The notes under the pieces are model-generated. The model was not told the DNA's origin. It did not search any database and worked only from the letters and a program-made list of their open reading frames with translations. From an uncultured Spirochaetota bacterium (GTDB lineage Bacteria; Spirochaetota; Brevinematia; Brevinematales; JAOACQ01): a stretch of DNA of 64,000 bases. The stretch covers positions 96,001 through 160,000 of the forward strand of contig CAWIGG010000005.1 in the NCBI GenBank assembly GCA_963835575.1, written 5' to 3'. Below are positions 49,645-59,166 of the stretch, one piece after another. The translations under genes were made by a program, and so were the position numbers. Position 1 is the first letter of the stretch. Each line of letters starts with the position of its first letter.

Positions 49645-51057
49645 TCAAGTTCCTTTCTTTCGGAAAATCCTCTCGTTAATATCCTGGATGAAATCAAGCA
49701 TATCGAGGGCCGGTTTATAGATATAGAAATAATGAAATTTCGGCGATTTTTCAGTCTCGCGGACTTCCTTAAAAGTTTTTCGGCCGATTATAATAACCGC
49801 GATCCTGAGAACCGCGGAGAGTAGAAAAACAGCCGTGAACGCATTGAGAAACCCGAATTTAAAATGGGCCCTGAGCAGTAAATCAGACAGCAGCCCTCCC
49901 GCGGCACAGCCTAGAAAAACACAGAAAGAGTTCAGCATGTTAAAATAGGACATCACCTTTGAGATATTCTCCCGCCTGACCGCATCAAATATGAAATTAC
50001 TGGTGGCCAGATTCACGCCGGCCCAGACAAACCCGCCGAAAACCTGCATGAGCAGGATCAGATAAAAGTTTTTGACAAAAACCCAGAATATGGCCAGAAG
50101 AGGCAGCGCCAGCGACGCGATGATCAGGACCCTGTAGTTGCCGTATTTATCGGAGAGCGGCCCCCAGTATGTCATAAAAATAAACGAAGTGATGGTACCG
50201 ACCATCATTACGGCCGTGAACTGAAGGTAGTTAAAATGAAGGCTCTGGAGAATATAAACCGGCAGGATCGGGCCGAGCAGATTGGCGGAAAATGAGATCA
50301 GAATAATAAACAGGACAAACCTTCCGAAATTGGTTGCGGTTAATTTCTTTAAAAAAGTAGTGAATTTAAAAGTACCGCTTTCCTCGGTCACTTTCATTTT
50401 CGGCTCATACTGCCTCTGCAGAAGAAAAATGCTGGAAAACCGGAACGCGAACCCTGCTATAAACAGGATACCGTAAGCCAGGACTTCATGCCCGAATCTT
50501 TTGGCAAAAAAGAGACTGACGCCTGCAAGTGAAATAGCAATGAACTGCGCTATTCCCATATAGCGGTTCCGGATGCCCCAGTATTCCCCTCGGACCTTAC
50601 CGGGCATTAAATCATGCATCCATGAAAGCCAACCGGGCCCGCCGAAATTCGAGGCACTGAGCCCGAGGCAGTAAAATACCACTATGAACCATGGATTTTT
50701 TGTCAGGGCTGTAATAACAAATACAAAAACCCAGGAAGACGCATGGACTATATTGCAGATAATGGAAAGCTTCCGCCGCTTTTTAAACCAGTGTATAAAG
50801 CGCGCGCCCGCAAGCTGGGCAATACCGGCGCCCAGCTGTCCGAACCCCTGGATCAGACTTACCTGGAAAACAGAAGCCCCGAATATCAGCGCAAAGGGAA
50901 CAATGTAATTCTCGGCAAAGCCGAACATTACCGCCCAGACAATTCCATCCAGAGTGGAATAATAAAGCCCCCGCCTGATATCCCTGTCATCGATTTTTTT
51001 CAAAAAAGAACGTAACGACATAATAAATATTTTAGCGTTATGGCCCCGAAATATCAA
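49645..51057 (-). CDS. MFS transporter
   Basis: About 12 TM helices; W.SWM.DL.P...RG.Y.G.R and WG.LSDKYGN motifs. Confidence 0.9.
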   Translation of the reverse strand: MIFRGHNAKIFIMSLRSFLKKIDDRDIRRGLYYSTLDGIVWAVMFGFAENYIVPFALIFGASVFQVSLIQGFGQLGAGIAQLAGARFIHWFKKRRKLSIICNIVHASSWVFVFVITALTKNPWFIVVFYCLGLSASNFGGPGWLSWMHDLMPGKVRGEYWGIRNRYMGIAQFIAISLAGVSLFFAKRFGHEVLAYGILFIAGFAFRFSSIFLLQRQYEPKMKVTEESGTFKFTTFLKKLTATNFGRFVLFIILISFSANLLGPILPVYILQSLHFNYLQFTAVMMVGTITSFIFMTYWGPLSDKYGNYRVLIIASLALPLLAIFWVFVKNFYLILLMQVFGGFVWAGVNLATSNFIFDAVRRENISKVMSYFNMLNSFCVFLGCAAGGLLSDLLLRAHFKFGFLNAFTAVFLLSAVLRIAVIIIGRKTFKEVRETEKSPKFHYFYIYKPALDMLDFIQDINERIFRKKGT

Positions 51058-51260
51058 ATGATTGGCTAAAGCTCTCCAGATTACCTGGTTCAGAGGCGAT
51101 ATTACAGGAATTCATTCTAAGAGATAATCAAAAGTAAGTTAATATTCAAATCTTCCGATAAAAAAAAAGATGCAGTTCAATCCGGCTCACTCAGATAATC
51201 AAACATGATCCCATTGTAATCATGAACATTTGAAAAATTAAAAGGAGATACTTTTCAATT

Positions 51261-52025
51261 ATGAATATAACCATATTCCGGCTCATAATCATATTTATAT
51301 TATTTCTTCTCAACAGCTTTGCATCAGGGGTCCAGGACAGCGATTCCTCTCCGCAGGCATTCCAGGAATTAACGCTTTCAATCAGGGAAGGCAATATTAC
51401 AAAAAAAGATGCGAAAAATAAATTTAAAGAACTTATACCACTGCTTGACCGGTATTTTACATCTCATGGGGGCAGAAACTATTCATCATCTAAATGGGTT
51501 TTTCCGGTCAACGGTTATTCTCCGCGCCGTGCGGAATTAGATAAACGGGATTTTCTATACAGAGGTTATGATTTTTTTGTTTCCAACCGCCATCATGACC
51601 ATCCCGCCTATGACCTGTTTATAAGAGACAACAATCAGGACTGCCTGGACGATAAAACAGGCAGGCCGGTGCAGGTCCTATCCATGACTTCCGGTGTTGT
51701 AGTGGCAATCAACACTAACTGGCAGACAAACGAAGACATACTGGGCGGTAATCATGTCATGGTCTATGATCCGGGAAATGAAGCTTTGATTTATTATGCC
51801 CATAATAAAGAAGTTCTTGTAAAAACAGGCGCTATTGTAAAACCGGGAGACACTCTGGCAATCATGGGAAGGACCGGCACAAAAGCATTCAGAAAAAAAT
51901 CGCCGACGCACGTGCACGTTATGTATTTATCAATTAATAAGGGGATACTCAAACCTGTTAAAATCTATAAAAAATTAAAACAATGCAGAGTGCTGGTTAA
52001 AACAGATCAATCATTTACTCAATAA
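51261..52025 (+). CDS. M23 family metallopeptidase
   Basis: Signal peptide; HPAYD (HxxxD), GGNHV, YYAH, MGRTG, PTHVH. Confidence 0.9.
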   Translation: MNITIFRLIIIFILFLLNSFASGVQDSDSSPQAFQELTLSIREGNITKKDAKNKFKELIPLLDRYFTSHGGRNYSSSKWVFPVNGYSPRRAELDKRDFLYRGYDFFVSNRHHDHPAYDLFIRDNNQDCLDDKTGRPVQVLSMTSGVVVAINTNWQTNEDILGGNHVMVYDPGNEALIYYAHNKEVLVKTGAIVKPGDTLAIMGRTGTKAFRKKSPTHVHVMYLSINKGILKPVKIYKKLKQCRVLVKTDQSFTQ

Positions 52026-52074
52026 AAGTCACTTCTAAAAAACCGCCATAATTAGAACATAGCTATGCTGACGG

Positions 52075-52570
52075 AACCACAGATTACACTGATTACACAG
52101 ATTTAAATTTTGAAGTATAGATTTGGCAAGCTTTGTTAGTGTTCTTGTGTTAGTGTTCTTCATCTTGCCAGGCAACCAAGCGGATCAAGCCTCATTACAA
52201 GTCAGGTAAATTATTTCATATTATTAATGGGCAGTTCTAAAAACTCAAATATTTAGAACTGCCGCTATTATATGAGTTCATGCTACCGCCCGAGTTCGCT
52301 GTCTGAAAAGATCATCAACCAGCGAACTCTATACGGTAGCGCCAATTAAATTTACAAGAGATTCTATAACCGGGGCAGTTCCAAAACCTATGTTGGAAAT
52401 ATCTGATTGATTTTGAGTTTTTGGAACTGCCCTAATATTAAAAAAGAAACGATGTGCAATTCTAGAACGGATATAGTATTAGCAAAATAAAATCTTTAAA
52501 ATCATTATTTCTACAAAATTCTATATTGATTTCACAGAAAACATCAGTGAAATCTGTGGAATCTGTGGTT
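52075..52570. repeat. Inverted-arm element (homologue of 20821-21046) carrying a nested MITE
   Basis: AACCACAGATTACACTGATTACACAGATT ... CAGTGAAATCTGTGGAATCTGTGGTT. Confidence 0.82.
52229..52432. mobile_element. 204-bp MITE with 21-bp TIRs and TAAT target duplication
   Basis: GGGCAGTTCTAAAAACTCAAA / TTTGAGTTTTTGGAACTGCCC (1 mismatch); TAAT at 52225-52228 and 52433-52436. Confidence 0.8.
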
Positions 52571-53438
52571 GCAATTCTTGAGATGAAATTCCTAAACACG
52601 ATAATAAAATAAAAGTCTTTAATATCACTATAAAGAACAATGTTCTCGATTTTCTATCCTTTCTACATCAAGAAAATCAAACAGGCCTGCGGCCGCCGTA
52701 CATTTTTTTCAGAACATTGCCCATTATATTAATCCTTGCCTTCCGCGGAAGCAGACGCCGGATAATAAAATCGGCCGCTCTGCTGCCGAACCCTGGAATT
52801 GAAACCGGTTTTCTGCCCAAATCTTTCAGGGCCTGTTCTGCAACAATGTCCGGCCGCATCGCATTCATTTTTGCGCCGGGGGAACTCTGACGGTAATTAG
52901 GCGTATCAACAGCGCCGGCAGCGCAGGCTAATATATCGACCCCCTTATCCTTCATTTCATACCATAATCCTTCTGCAAGGATCAAGTTCCAGGCTTTTGT
53001 CGCCGCATAATTGGCTATATACGGCGAACCCTGCGACGAGCTGAGACTGGACATCAGTATTATTCCCCCGCCGCCGCGCCTGATAAAACGGCCGCCGAAA
53101 GAATATGCCAGCGTCAGCGGCCCCCTGCAGTTTACATCTATTTCCTTCAAGTGACGGTCAATGGAATGATCAAAAAACGGCCCGATAAGTGAAAGGGCCG
53201 CGTTATAAACGAGGAGCCCGATGTCCAGACCGGCAGTTTTCCGGTCAATAATTACAGGACTTTCTTCTTCCGAGAGATCAAGGCAGAGCGTCCGGACTTC
53301 GACAGAAAAACTGCTTTTTAAATTTTCCGCCAGAGCCTGAAGTACATCCCGCCGCCTTGCGATTAGTATCAGATTCAGTCCCCGGCCGGCAAGAGATCGG
53401 GCGTAAGCTCCGCCCAGGCCTTCGGACGCGCCGGCTAT

Positions 53439-55139
53439 CAGACTGTGTGAAAAAGGCGGTGTAAGACAATAAAGGCGGAGAAAAATCCTCAAATTTATTT
53501 TAATAAGGTATAATATGTAATCAAATTTGAGGTGTGTAAGATGAACCATATAACAGGAGAGCCAAGAGACCAGATAGTACTTTACGCGGAAACTATTGAT
53601 GGTTTGATAGAAGAGAAGAACCCTGTAAGAATTATAGACGCATATGTGAGCAGACTAAACATCAGGAGGTTGGGATTCAAAATTAAAGAGGCGAAAAAAG
53701 GGCGTCCATCCTACACAGCGGATGTATTGTTGAAAATATATATTTACGGATATTTGAACAAAGTCAGGACCACGAGGAAATTAGAAAACGAATGTAAAAG
53801 GAATACGGAACTGATATGGCTGACCTGCCGCTTAGCGCCTGATTTTAAGACCATAGCGGATTTCAGAAGGGATAATATTAAGGGCATAAAAAACATTTTC
53901 AAAGAGTTTTTGAAAGTATGCCGCAAATTAGAACTGCTGACATTTAAATTAACAGCGACAGATGGAACGAAAATAAGTGGGCAAAACAGTCTGGGTAATA
54001 TTTATAGGCGGGAAAGCATTGAAGGAGTTGAGAAAAAGATTAATGAAAAAATAGACAAATATCTTTTGGAATTGGATAAAAATGATAAATCGGAAGAAAA
54101 CGAGTTTGAGTTTTTATCCAGCAACATTGAAAAAAAGCTGGACAGCCTCAAGACAAGAAAAGAAAAAGTAGAAGCGATAAAAAAAATGTTTGAGGCCGAT
54201 CCGGAACTTGAAATCGTTTACGGGAATGATCCCGACGGCAGAATTGGGAAAGATAAAGGGAAAACGGATGTTTTGTACAACGCGCAGATAGCAGTGGACG
54301 AAAAGAATAAATTGATTGTCGCGGTGGATGTAACCAATGAAAGTAATGATGTTCATCAAGCGGGAAATATGGTTAATAAAGTTGAAGAAATAAAGAAAGA
54401 ACTTGAAGCCGAACCGGGATTAAAAACCATACATGTCCTGGATGCCGGATATTATTGCGAAAGTGAGATATTACCGCTTACAGACGGGGGTCATGAAATC
54501 TATATTCCAAGCCCGCGCGATGAAAAAGAAAAAAAGTCCAGGTACAAAGAGCAGCAGAAAGAAAGTATCCCGGCAAAAGGATATCTGGCAGAAGATTTCA
54601 AGATTGATAAAGAGAAGAACCAGTTGATTTGTCCGCAAGGATTACGATTAAATAATCAAAGTGTATATCAGGATAAAAACACGGGGATTACTGTAGCGGA
54701 ATTCAAGTGCAGGAACGAGAATTGTGAGAAGAAGCATTTATGCACAAAAAGCAAAGAAGGCAGGACGGTAAAGTTATCGGTGCGAAAGGAAGATATGGAT
54801 AAATTCGATGAGAAGGTCCGAAGTGAATTGGGGCAAAAGATTGTTGCAATCAGAAAAGAGTTGGCAGAACATCCATTTGGAACAATAAAAGGAAATTTTG
54901 GTTATAATAATTTCTTGCTGAAGGGGATTGATAAAGTAAAAAGCGAGTTTAATTTCACGGCATTTATCTATAATTTTAAAAGAGTTCTGAATATTGCTGG
55001 TTTTGATAAGTTATTAGCCGCAATATAGTCTGAATTTCAATGATTATCAGTAATTTTTTATTCAGGCTCTTCTTTAAAGTAAGCAGGAACCTTTAGATGC
55101 CTGATCTTATAAATGTATTCTCTTTTTTCACACAGTCTG
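53439..55139 (+). mobile_element. IS1182-family insertion sequence (1701 bp)
   Basis: 16-bp TIRs CAGACTGTGTGAAAAA / TTTTTCACACAGTCTG; 3-bp TSD TAT (53436-53438, 55140-55142). Confidence 0.95.
53532..55028 (+). CDS. IS1182-family transposase
   Basis: GRPSY...LLKIYIYGY, PDFKTIADFR, TDGTK, YNAQ, LDAGY, CPQG, EHPFGTIK; probable start ATG 53541. Confidence 0.95.
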   Translation: MCKMNHITGEPRDQIVLYAETIDGLIEEKNPVRIIDAYVSRLNIRRLGFKIKEAKKGRPSYTADVLLKIYIYGYLNKVRTTRKLENECKRNTELIWLTCRLAPDFKTIADFRRDNIKGIKNIFKEFLKVCRKLELLTFKLTATDGTKISGQNSLGNIYRRESIEGVEKKINEKIDKYLLELDKNDKSEENEFEFLSSNIEKKLDSLKTRKEKVEAIKKMFEADPELEIVYGNDPDGRIGKDKGKTDVLYNAQIAVDEKNKLIVAVDVTNESNDVHQAGNMVNKVEEIKKELEAEPGLKTIHVLDAGYYCESEILPLTDGGHEIYIPSPRDEKEKKSRYKEQQKESIPAKGYLAEDFKIDKEKNQLICPQGLRLNNQSVYQDKNTGITVAEFKCRNENCEKKHLCTKSKEGRTVKLSVRKEDMDKFDEKVRSELGQKIVAIRKELAEHPFGTIKGNFGYNNFLLKGIDKVKSEFNFTAFIYNFKRVLNIAGFDKLLAAI

Positions 55140-55186
55140 TATGAGCGCCCAGGGCCCGTACTTTTTGTTAAAAGGTTTTCCTTTCA

Positions 55187-55711
55187 TCATTTTTTTAATT
55201 CCTTTCCCCGGGTAAAGGGATGATCACTTTTCGCCATCCGGAAGATAACCAGTACAGGAAAAACAAGCCAAGGAAGATTGGACAAAAGCACAGGTAAAAA
55301 ATCCGGCGCGGCAAAAGCGCCCCAGGCTTCCTCTCCCAGTATGATAATAACATTGGTGATCAGCATGGCGCTCATTATGACTGCCGGAATACGGATCCAT
55401 TCCCTGCCTTTAATAAAGGCATATATTGCCGCCGCGTAAAACGGCCCGAAAATCAGAACGTCCAGCCAGATTGTCATTCTCCACCAGACCGGCCTGGCAA
55501 AGAGCAGGGGGTCAAAATTCCTGCCGTACCAGTGGGCAAGATCGACAATCATTTTCGGCGGCCAGAGAGGATAATTAAAATGCGATGTATCGGGAATGAC
55601 GACCTGTTCCAGGTCTATCAGGTAAGTTATGAAGATAATATTAAATATATAAAAAACAAGAATAACAATGTCCCATTTCCGTTTCCGCAAAGGAATGACT
55701 TCACGCTCCAT
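55187..55711 (-). CDS. EXPERA (EBP/TMEM97-like) membrane protein
   Basis: Four TM helices, WYG..FDPL....P.W, D....GPFY, N.PW..FP motifs; stop overlaps the SDR start. Confidence 0.8.
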   Translation of the reverse strand: MEREVIPLRKRKWDIVILVFYIFNIIFITYLIDLEQVVIPDTSHFNYPLWPPKMIVDLAHWYGRNFDPLLFARPVWWRMTIWLDVLIFGPFYAAAIYAFIKGREWIRIPAVIMSAMLITNVIIILGEEAWGAFAAPDFLPVLLSNLPWLVFPVLVIFRMAKSDHPFTRGKELKK

Positions 55712-55734
55712 AAATATAACTCCTGAATTTTAAA

Positions 55735-57849
55735 TTACTTCTTTATGATATCCTTAATTTTTTTTGATAAAACAGACATGGTATAGGGTTTTTGTATAAA
55801 GTTCTGAACTCCGGCTCTCAGGGATTCATTAATTCTGTCATCTTGTTTATAGCCTGATGCGAGTAATACACTGACATCCGGCATGACATTCTTCATTTCC
55901 AGAAAAACCTGTTCTCCTGACATCTTCGGCATAGCCATATCCAGTATAACCAGATCAATATCTTTATATCTTTCCCGGAATATTCCGAGGGCTTTTTCAC
56001 CGTTCGAAGCGGTGATAACCCTGTATCCTAATTCCTCCAGAATATTCGATGTTATTTTTAATACAGGTTCTTCATCATCTACCAATAAGATAAGGCCGGC
56101 GCCTTTGAATATTTTTTCTTCAGGCCTTCTTTCGACTTTACTTTTTTCATCAATTGAAGGAATATAAACAATAAATTCAGAGCCTCTCCCTTTTTCTGAG
56201 TAAACATCAATAAAACCATGATGGAGCTGGATTATGTTAAAAGATATGGCCAGACCGAATCCCGTGCCATTTGTCTTTGTCTTGGTTGAGAAAAAAGGGT
56301 CAAAAATCCGCGGTATTGTTGCCGCATCCATACCGACCCCTGTATCCTTAACGCTGAGTTTCCAGTAATGGCCCTTGTGTGCATTCGGGTGGACTTTACG
56401 GAACATCTCTTCCGCGAATTGCTTTGTTAAAGAGATAGTAAGCGTACCTCCCTGTTTTTCAGTTTCCTGCCTCATGATGGTCATAGCATGCCATGCATTG
56501 ATGCAGAGGTTTAAAATCACTTCTTCTATCTGAGTAAAATCAGCTTTCAGCATTGCTCTTCCGGGATAATAATGAATTTTAATGTCCACACTTTTATCAA
56601 TTGTGCTTTTACATATTTTAATAACATTTTCGACAATGTGATTCAGATCGGTTATTTCAAAAACAATATCATTTTTACTAGACAATGTTAATAGATTTCT
56701 CACCATATCAGCGGCCCTGTTTGCAGAATTTTCTATGATAGAAATGCTTTCCAGCGTTCCTTTCATGTTTATTCCCTCATTTTTTATCTCATAATTCATA
56801 AGAGAAACTGTTCCAATTATTGCCGCCAGGATATTATTGAAATCATGAGCAAGCCCGCCGGATAGAATCCTCACTGTATCCATCCTCTGTATCTGACGCA
56901 GCTGCTCATCCTTTTTTTCCAATTCCGTCGTATCATCAAGCCTTATCACCACGCCATTTATGACATCATAAACCAGCAGAAAGAAAAAAACATCAAAATA
57001 GCGTTTTTTCCCATCCTGTACAAGTTCTCTGTAAAAAGCAGAAGGTTTTTTCTCGCGGACCACATCTTCCAGGGCTCTTTCATATTTTTTCAAGAATGGA
57101 ATAACATCCCAGGCCTTTTTTGAAACGGCTTCTTCGGCTTTGATGCCCGTTTCTTTTTCAGCGGCAGTATTCCATTGCGTTATTTCTCCTTCTGTATTTA
57201 CCGAAATGAGAACTGAAGGAAGCGAATTAAAAACATTCGCAAGGTAATTCTGGGATTTGTGCAATTCATCTTCGGCGCGATTTTTTTCCGCTATTTCATT
57301 TTGAATTTTATTCATTTGAATGAAATTATCTTTAAGTACTGCCTTGTATTTCGAACTGATAATGAATGCAATAATAGAAAAACAAATGATAATGGGCACT
57401 CTTTGCACCAGCGCCTGAGAAATATTTTCTCTCATATATTGATTGTTCATAAAAACATTTATGATGTTTACGATAAGATAAATTGTTTCAGTATAAATCA
57501 AAAGCATTTGGTCCAGAAATAAGATGGAAAAACCGATGACAAAAAATGACAGCGCCCACAAACTTAAATTATAAGGATACACGAAAAGGACTATAATTGT
57601 AAACAAAATAAAGAAATTGATTATTATAACAGTGAGTATTCTTTCAGGGACCTTTAACATTCTTAAAAGCGACGGGATGGAGCCGATTATTAAAATCATC
57701 AGGCATATTATTGAACTTTTAAGCCATTTATGAACACCTGAAACCGGAATGATTTCCGCTATAAGAAACGCAATAAAGCTGATTCCCATGATAGTAATAT
57801 AAATATTTATCAGCAATGAATTATTTTCTTTGCGGATTTTCTGGAACAA
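55735..57849 (-). CDS. Membrane hybrid histidine kinase (PAS-HisKA-HATPase-REC)
   Basis: AHDFNNIL, NLCINA, DTGVGM, FDPFFSTK, GTGFGL, LLVDDE...ILDMAMP...QKPY. Confidence 0.95.
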   Translation of the reverse strand: MFQKIRKENNSLLINIYITIMGISFIAFLIAEIIPVSGVHKWLKSSIICLMILIIGSIPSLLRMLKVPERILTVIIINFFILFTIIVLFVYPYNLSLWALSFFVIGFSILFLDQMLLIYTETIYLIVNIINVFMNNQYMRENISQALVQRVPIIICFSIIAFIISSKYKAVLKDNFIQMNKIQNEIAEKNRAEDELHKSQNYLANVFNSLPSVLISVNTEGEITQWNTAAEKETGIKAEEAVSKKAWDVIPFLKKYERALEDVVREKKPSAFYRELVQDGKKRYFDVFFFLLVYDVINGVVIRLDDTTELEKKDEQLRQIQRMDTVRILSGGLAHDFNNILAAIIGTVSLMNYEIKNEGINMKGTLESISIIENSANRAADMVRNLLTLSSKNDIVFEITDLNHIVENVIKICKSTIDKSVDIKIHYYPGRAMLKADFTQIEEVILNLCINAWHAMTIMRQETEKQGGTLTISLTKQFAEEMFRKVHPNAHKGHYWKLSVKDTGVGMDAATIPRIFDPFFSTKTKTNGTGFGLAISFNIIQLHHGFIDVYSEKGRGSEFIVYIPSIDEKSKVERRPEEKIFKGAGLILLVDDEEPVLKITSNILEELGYRVITASNGEKALGIFRERYKDIDLVILDMAMPKMSGEQVFLEMKNVMPDVSVLLASGYKQDDRINESLRAGVQNFIQKPYTMSVLSKKIKDIIKK

Positions 57850-58079
57850 TTCAAAAAAATTAATATAAAACTCCCAAACAATTATTTAAAATATCGTTAA
57901 ACAGGGAGAAATTAAAAATCACTATCTATTCTAATTAAATAGTATTTTCAAGTCAATTCTTAAATCTTTTAATTTGATCCTATGGGAAATCAGATCCTTT
58001 CAGGAAAACATAAACTTATCATTAAAATAATTGTTTTTCAAATCCCGCGAACGGCAATTCCGGTCCTAAAGCTCAAAAT

Positions 58080-58775
58080 TCACCAGCCTTTTATCAGCGG
58101 CATTGCTTTTGCGGCATTAATCAGACGCTCCCTTCCTTCCTCTGTATAGCAATCAAAGTGAGACTCTCCTGCCCTGATAAAAAGGCCGTTGTCAAATCTT
58201 TTTATTTCCGAAGCGTAAGGATTTTCTTCCAGGGCCCTGCCGCCCTGCATAAGCTCCTCTTCAGGGCCGAAAAAATTCAGCCAGTAAAGGGCCAGTAAAG
58301 GCCCGAGGTATAAAACGTCCTCATATACATTTTTATGCAGATCATATCTATTTTTTTTAAAATGGCAGAAAGCATAGGTGAAAGGAATAGCCTGCGTCAA
58401 CATTAAAAAGAATTTTTTTATTTTATCAGGTTCTATTTTTAAAGCCAGAACTGATTTTGCCCAGAATTCCAAAGTACTTCTCAACGACGCTTCCTGTCTG
58501 ATAATTATTGACAAGTTTTTATATTCATCAAATATCTGTATAACATCCTGATAATTATCCAGCGCATTCAAAACCATTTCACAATTAAATTGCTTAATTT
58601 TAATCAAAGGCCGGTTTGAGCGCATGATAAAATCCGGTTTAGCCGGGAAAAAAGCGTCAAAAAGCGCAAGCGCAGGATCCATAACCCCGCTGTCCAGAGC
58701 GCCGGTTTTATTGATATTAAAATTAAACCAGAGCTCATCTTCTATTTCATCCATCATATTTATCATCAAAAACAC
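58080..58775 (-). CDS. Hypothetical protein, possibly polymorphic-toxin immunity type
   Basis: Intact ORF with GAGG RBS; LYWLNFFG...GLFIR pattern reminiscent of immunity families. Confidence 0.55.
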   Translation of the reverse strand: MFLMINMMDEIEDELWFNFNINKTGALDSGVMDPALALFDAFFPAKPDFIMRSNRPLIKIKQFNCEMVLNALDNYQDVIQIFDEYKNLSIIIRQEASLRSTLEFWAKSVLALKIEPDKIKKFFLMLTQAIPFTYAFCHFKKNRYDLHKNVYEDVLYLGPLLALYWLNFFGPEEELMQGGRALEENPYASEIKRFDNGLFIRAGESHFDCYTEEGRERLINAAKAMPLIKGW

Positions 58776-58850
58776 CTCAAACTAATGTTATTTGATTTAA
58801 TGAATTTACAAAGGTTTTTAATAAAAAAATCGCCGAATACAGCTTATTAT

Positions 58851-58880
58851 AAAAAGCCCGGCAAATAGATTGCCGGGCTT
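58851..58880 (-). terminator. Terminator-like hairpin, near-identical to 42190-42224
   Basis: AAAAAGCCCGGCAA-ATAGA-TTGCCGGGCTT. Confidence 0.7.
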
Positions 58881-59166
58881 AGTAAGGGGTTATGGTAACT
58901 AAAAAAGGCTTTTTATCTTTTGATATATAACTCTATAATTATATCTGTTTTATCATTAATTAACATGCGATCTTTTTAAATCAAAGCCTTACATTTGCCG
59001 GAAGCCGTCATTCAGCCCGGGTAGAACTTTTTTATATTTTAAATGAATTTGCTGCTCGTAATTTTATAATAATAGACTTTCATTTTTCAAGAACAATATA
59101 TACTTATTTTTCTACGTAAGCTCTACTTATTTTAGTACGTATGGTATTAAACACTTAATGGCCATA

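Larger units (their letters stand above)
52677..55190 (-). pseudogene. Short-chain dehydrogenase/reductase interrupted by IS1182
   Basis: Removing 53439-55139 plus one TAT copy restores MMKGKPFNKKYGPWALIAGASEGLG...; YAATK catalytic motif downstream. Confidence 0.93.
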
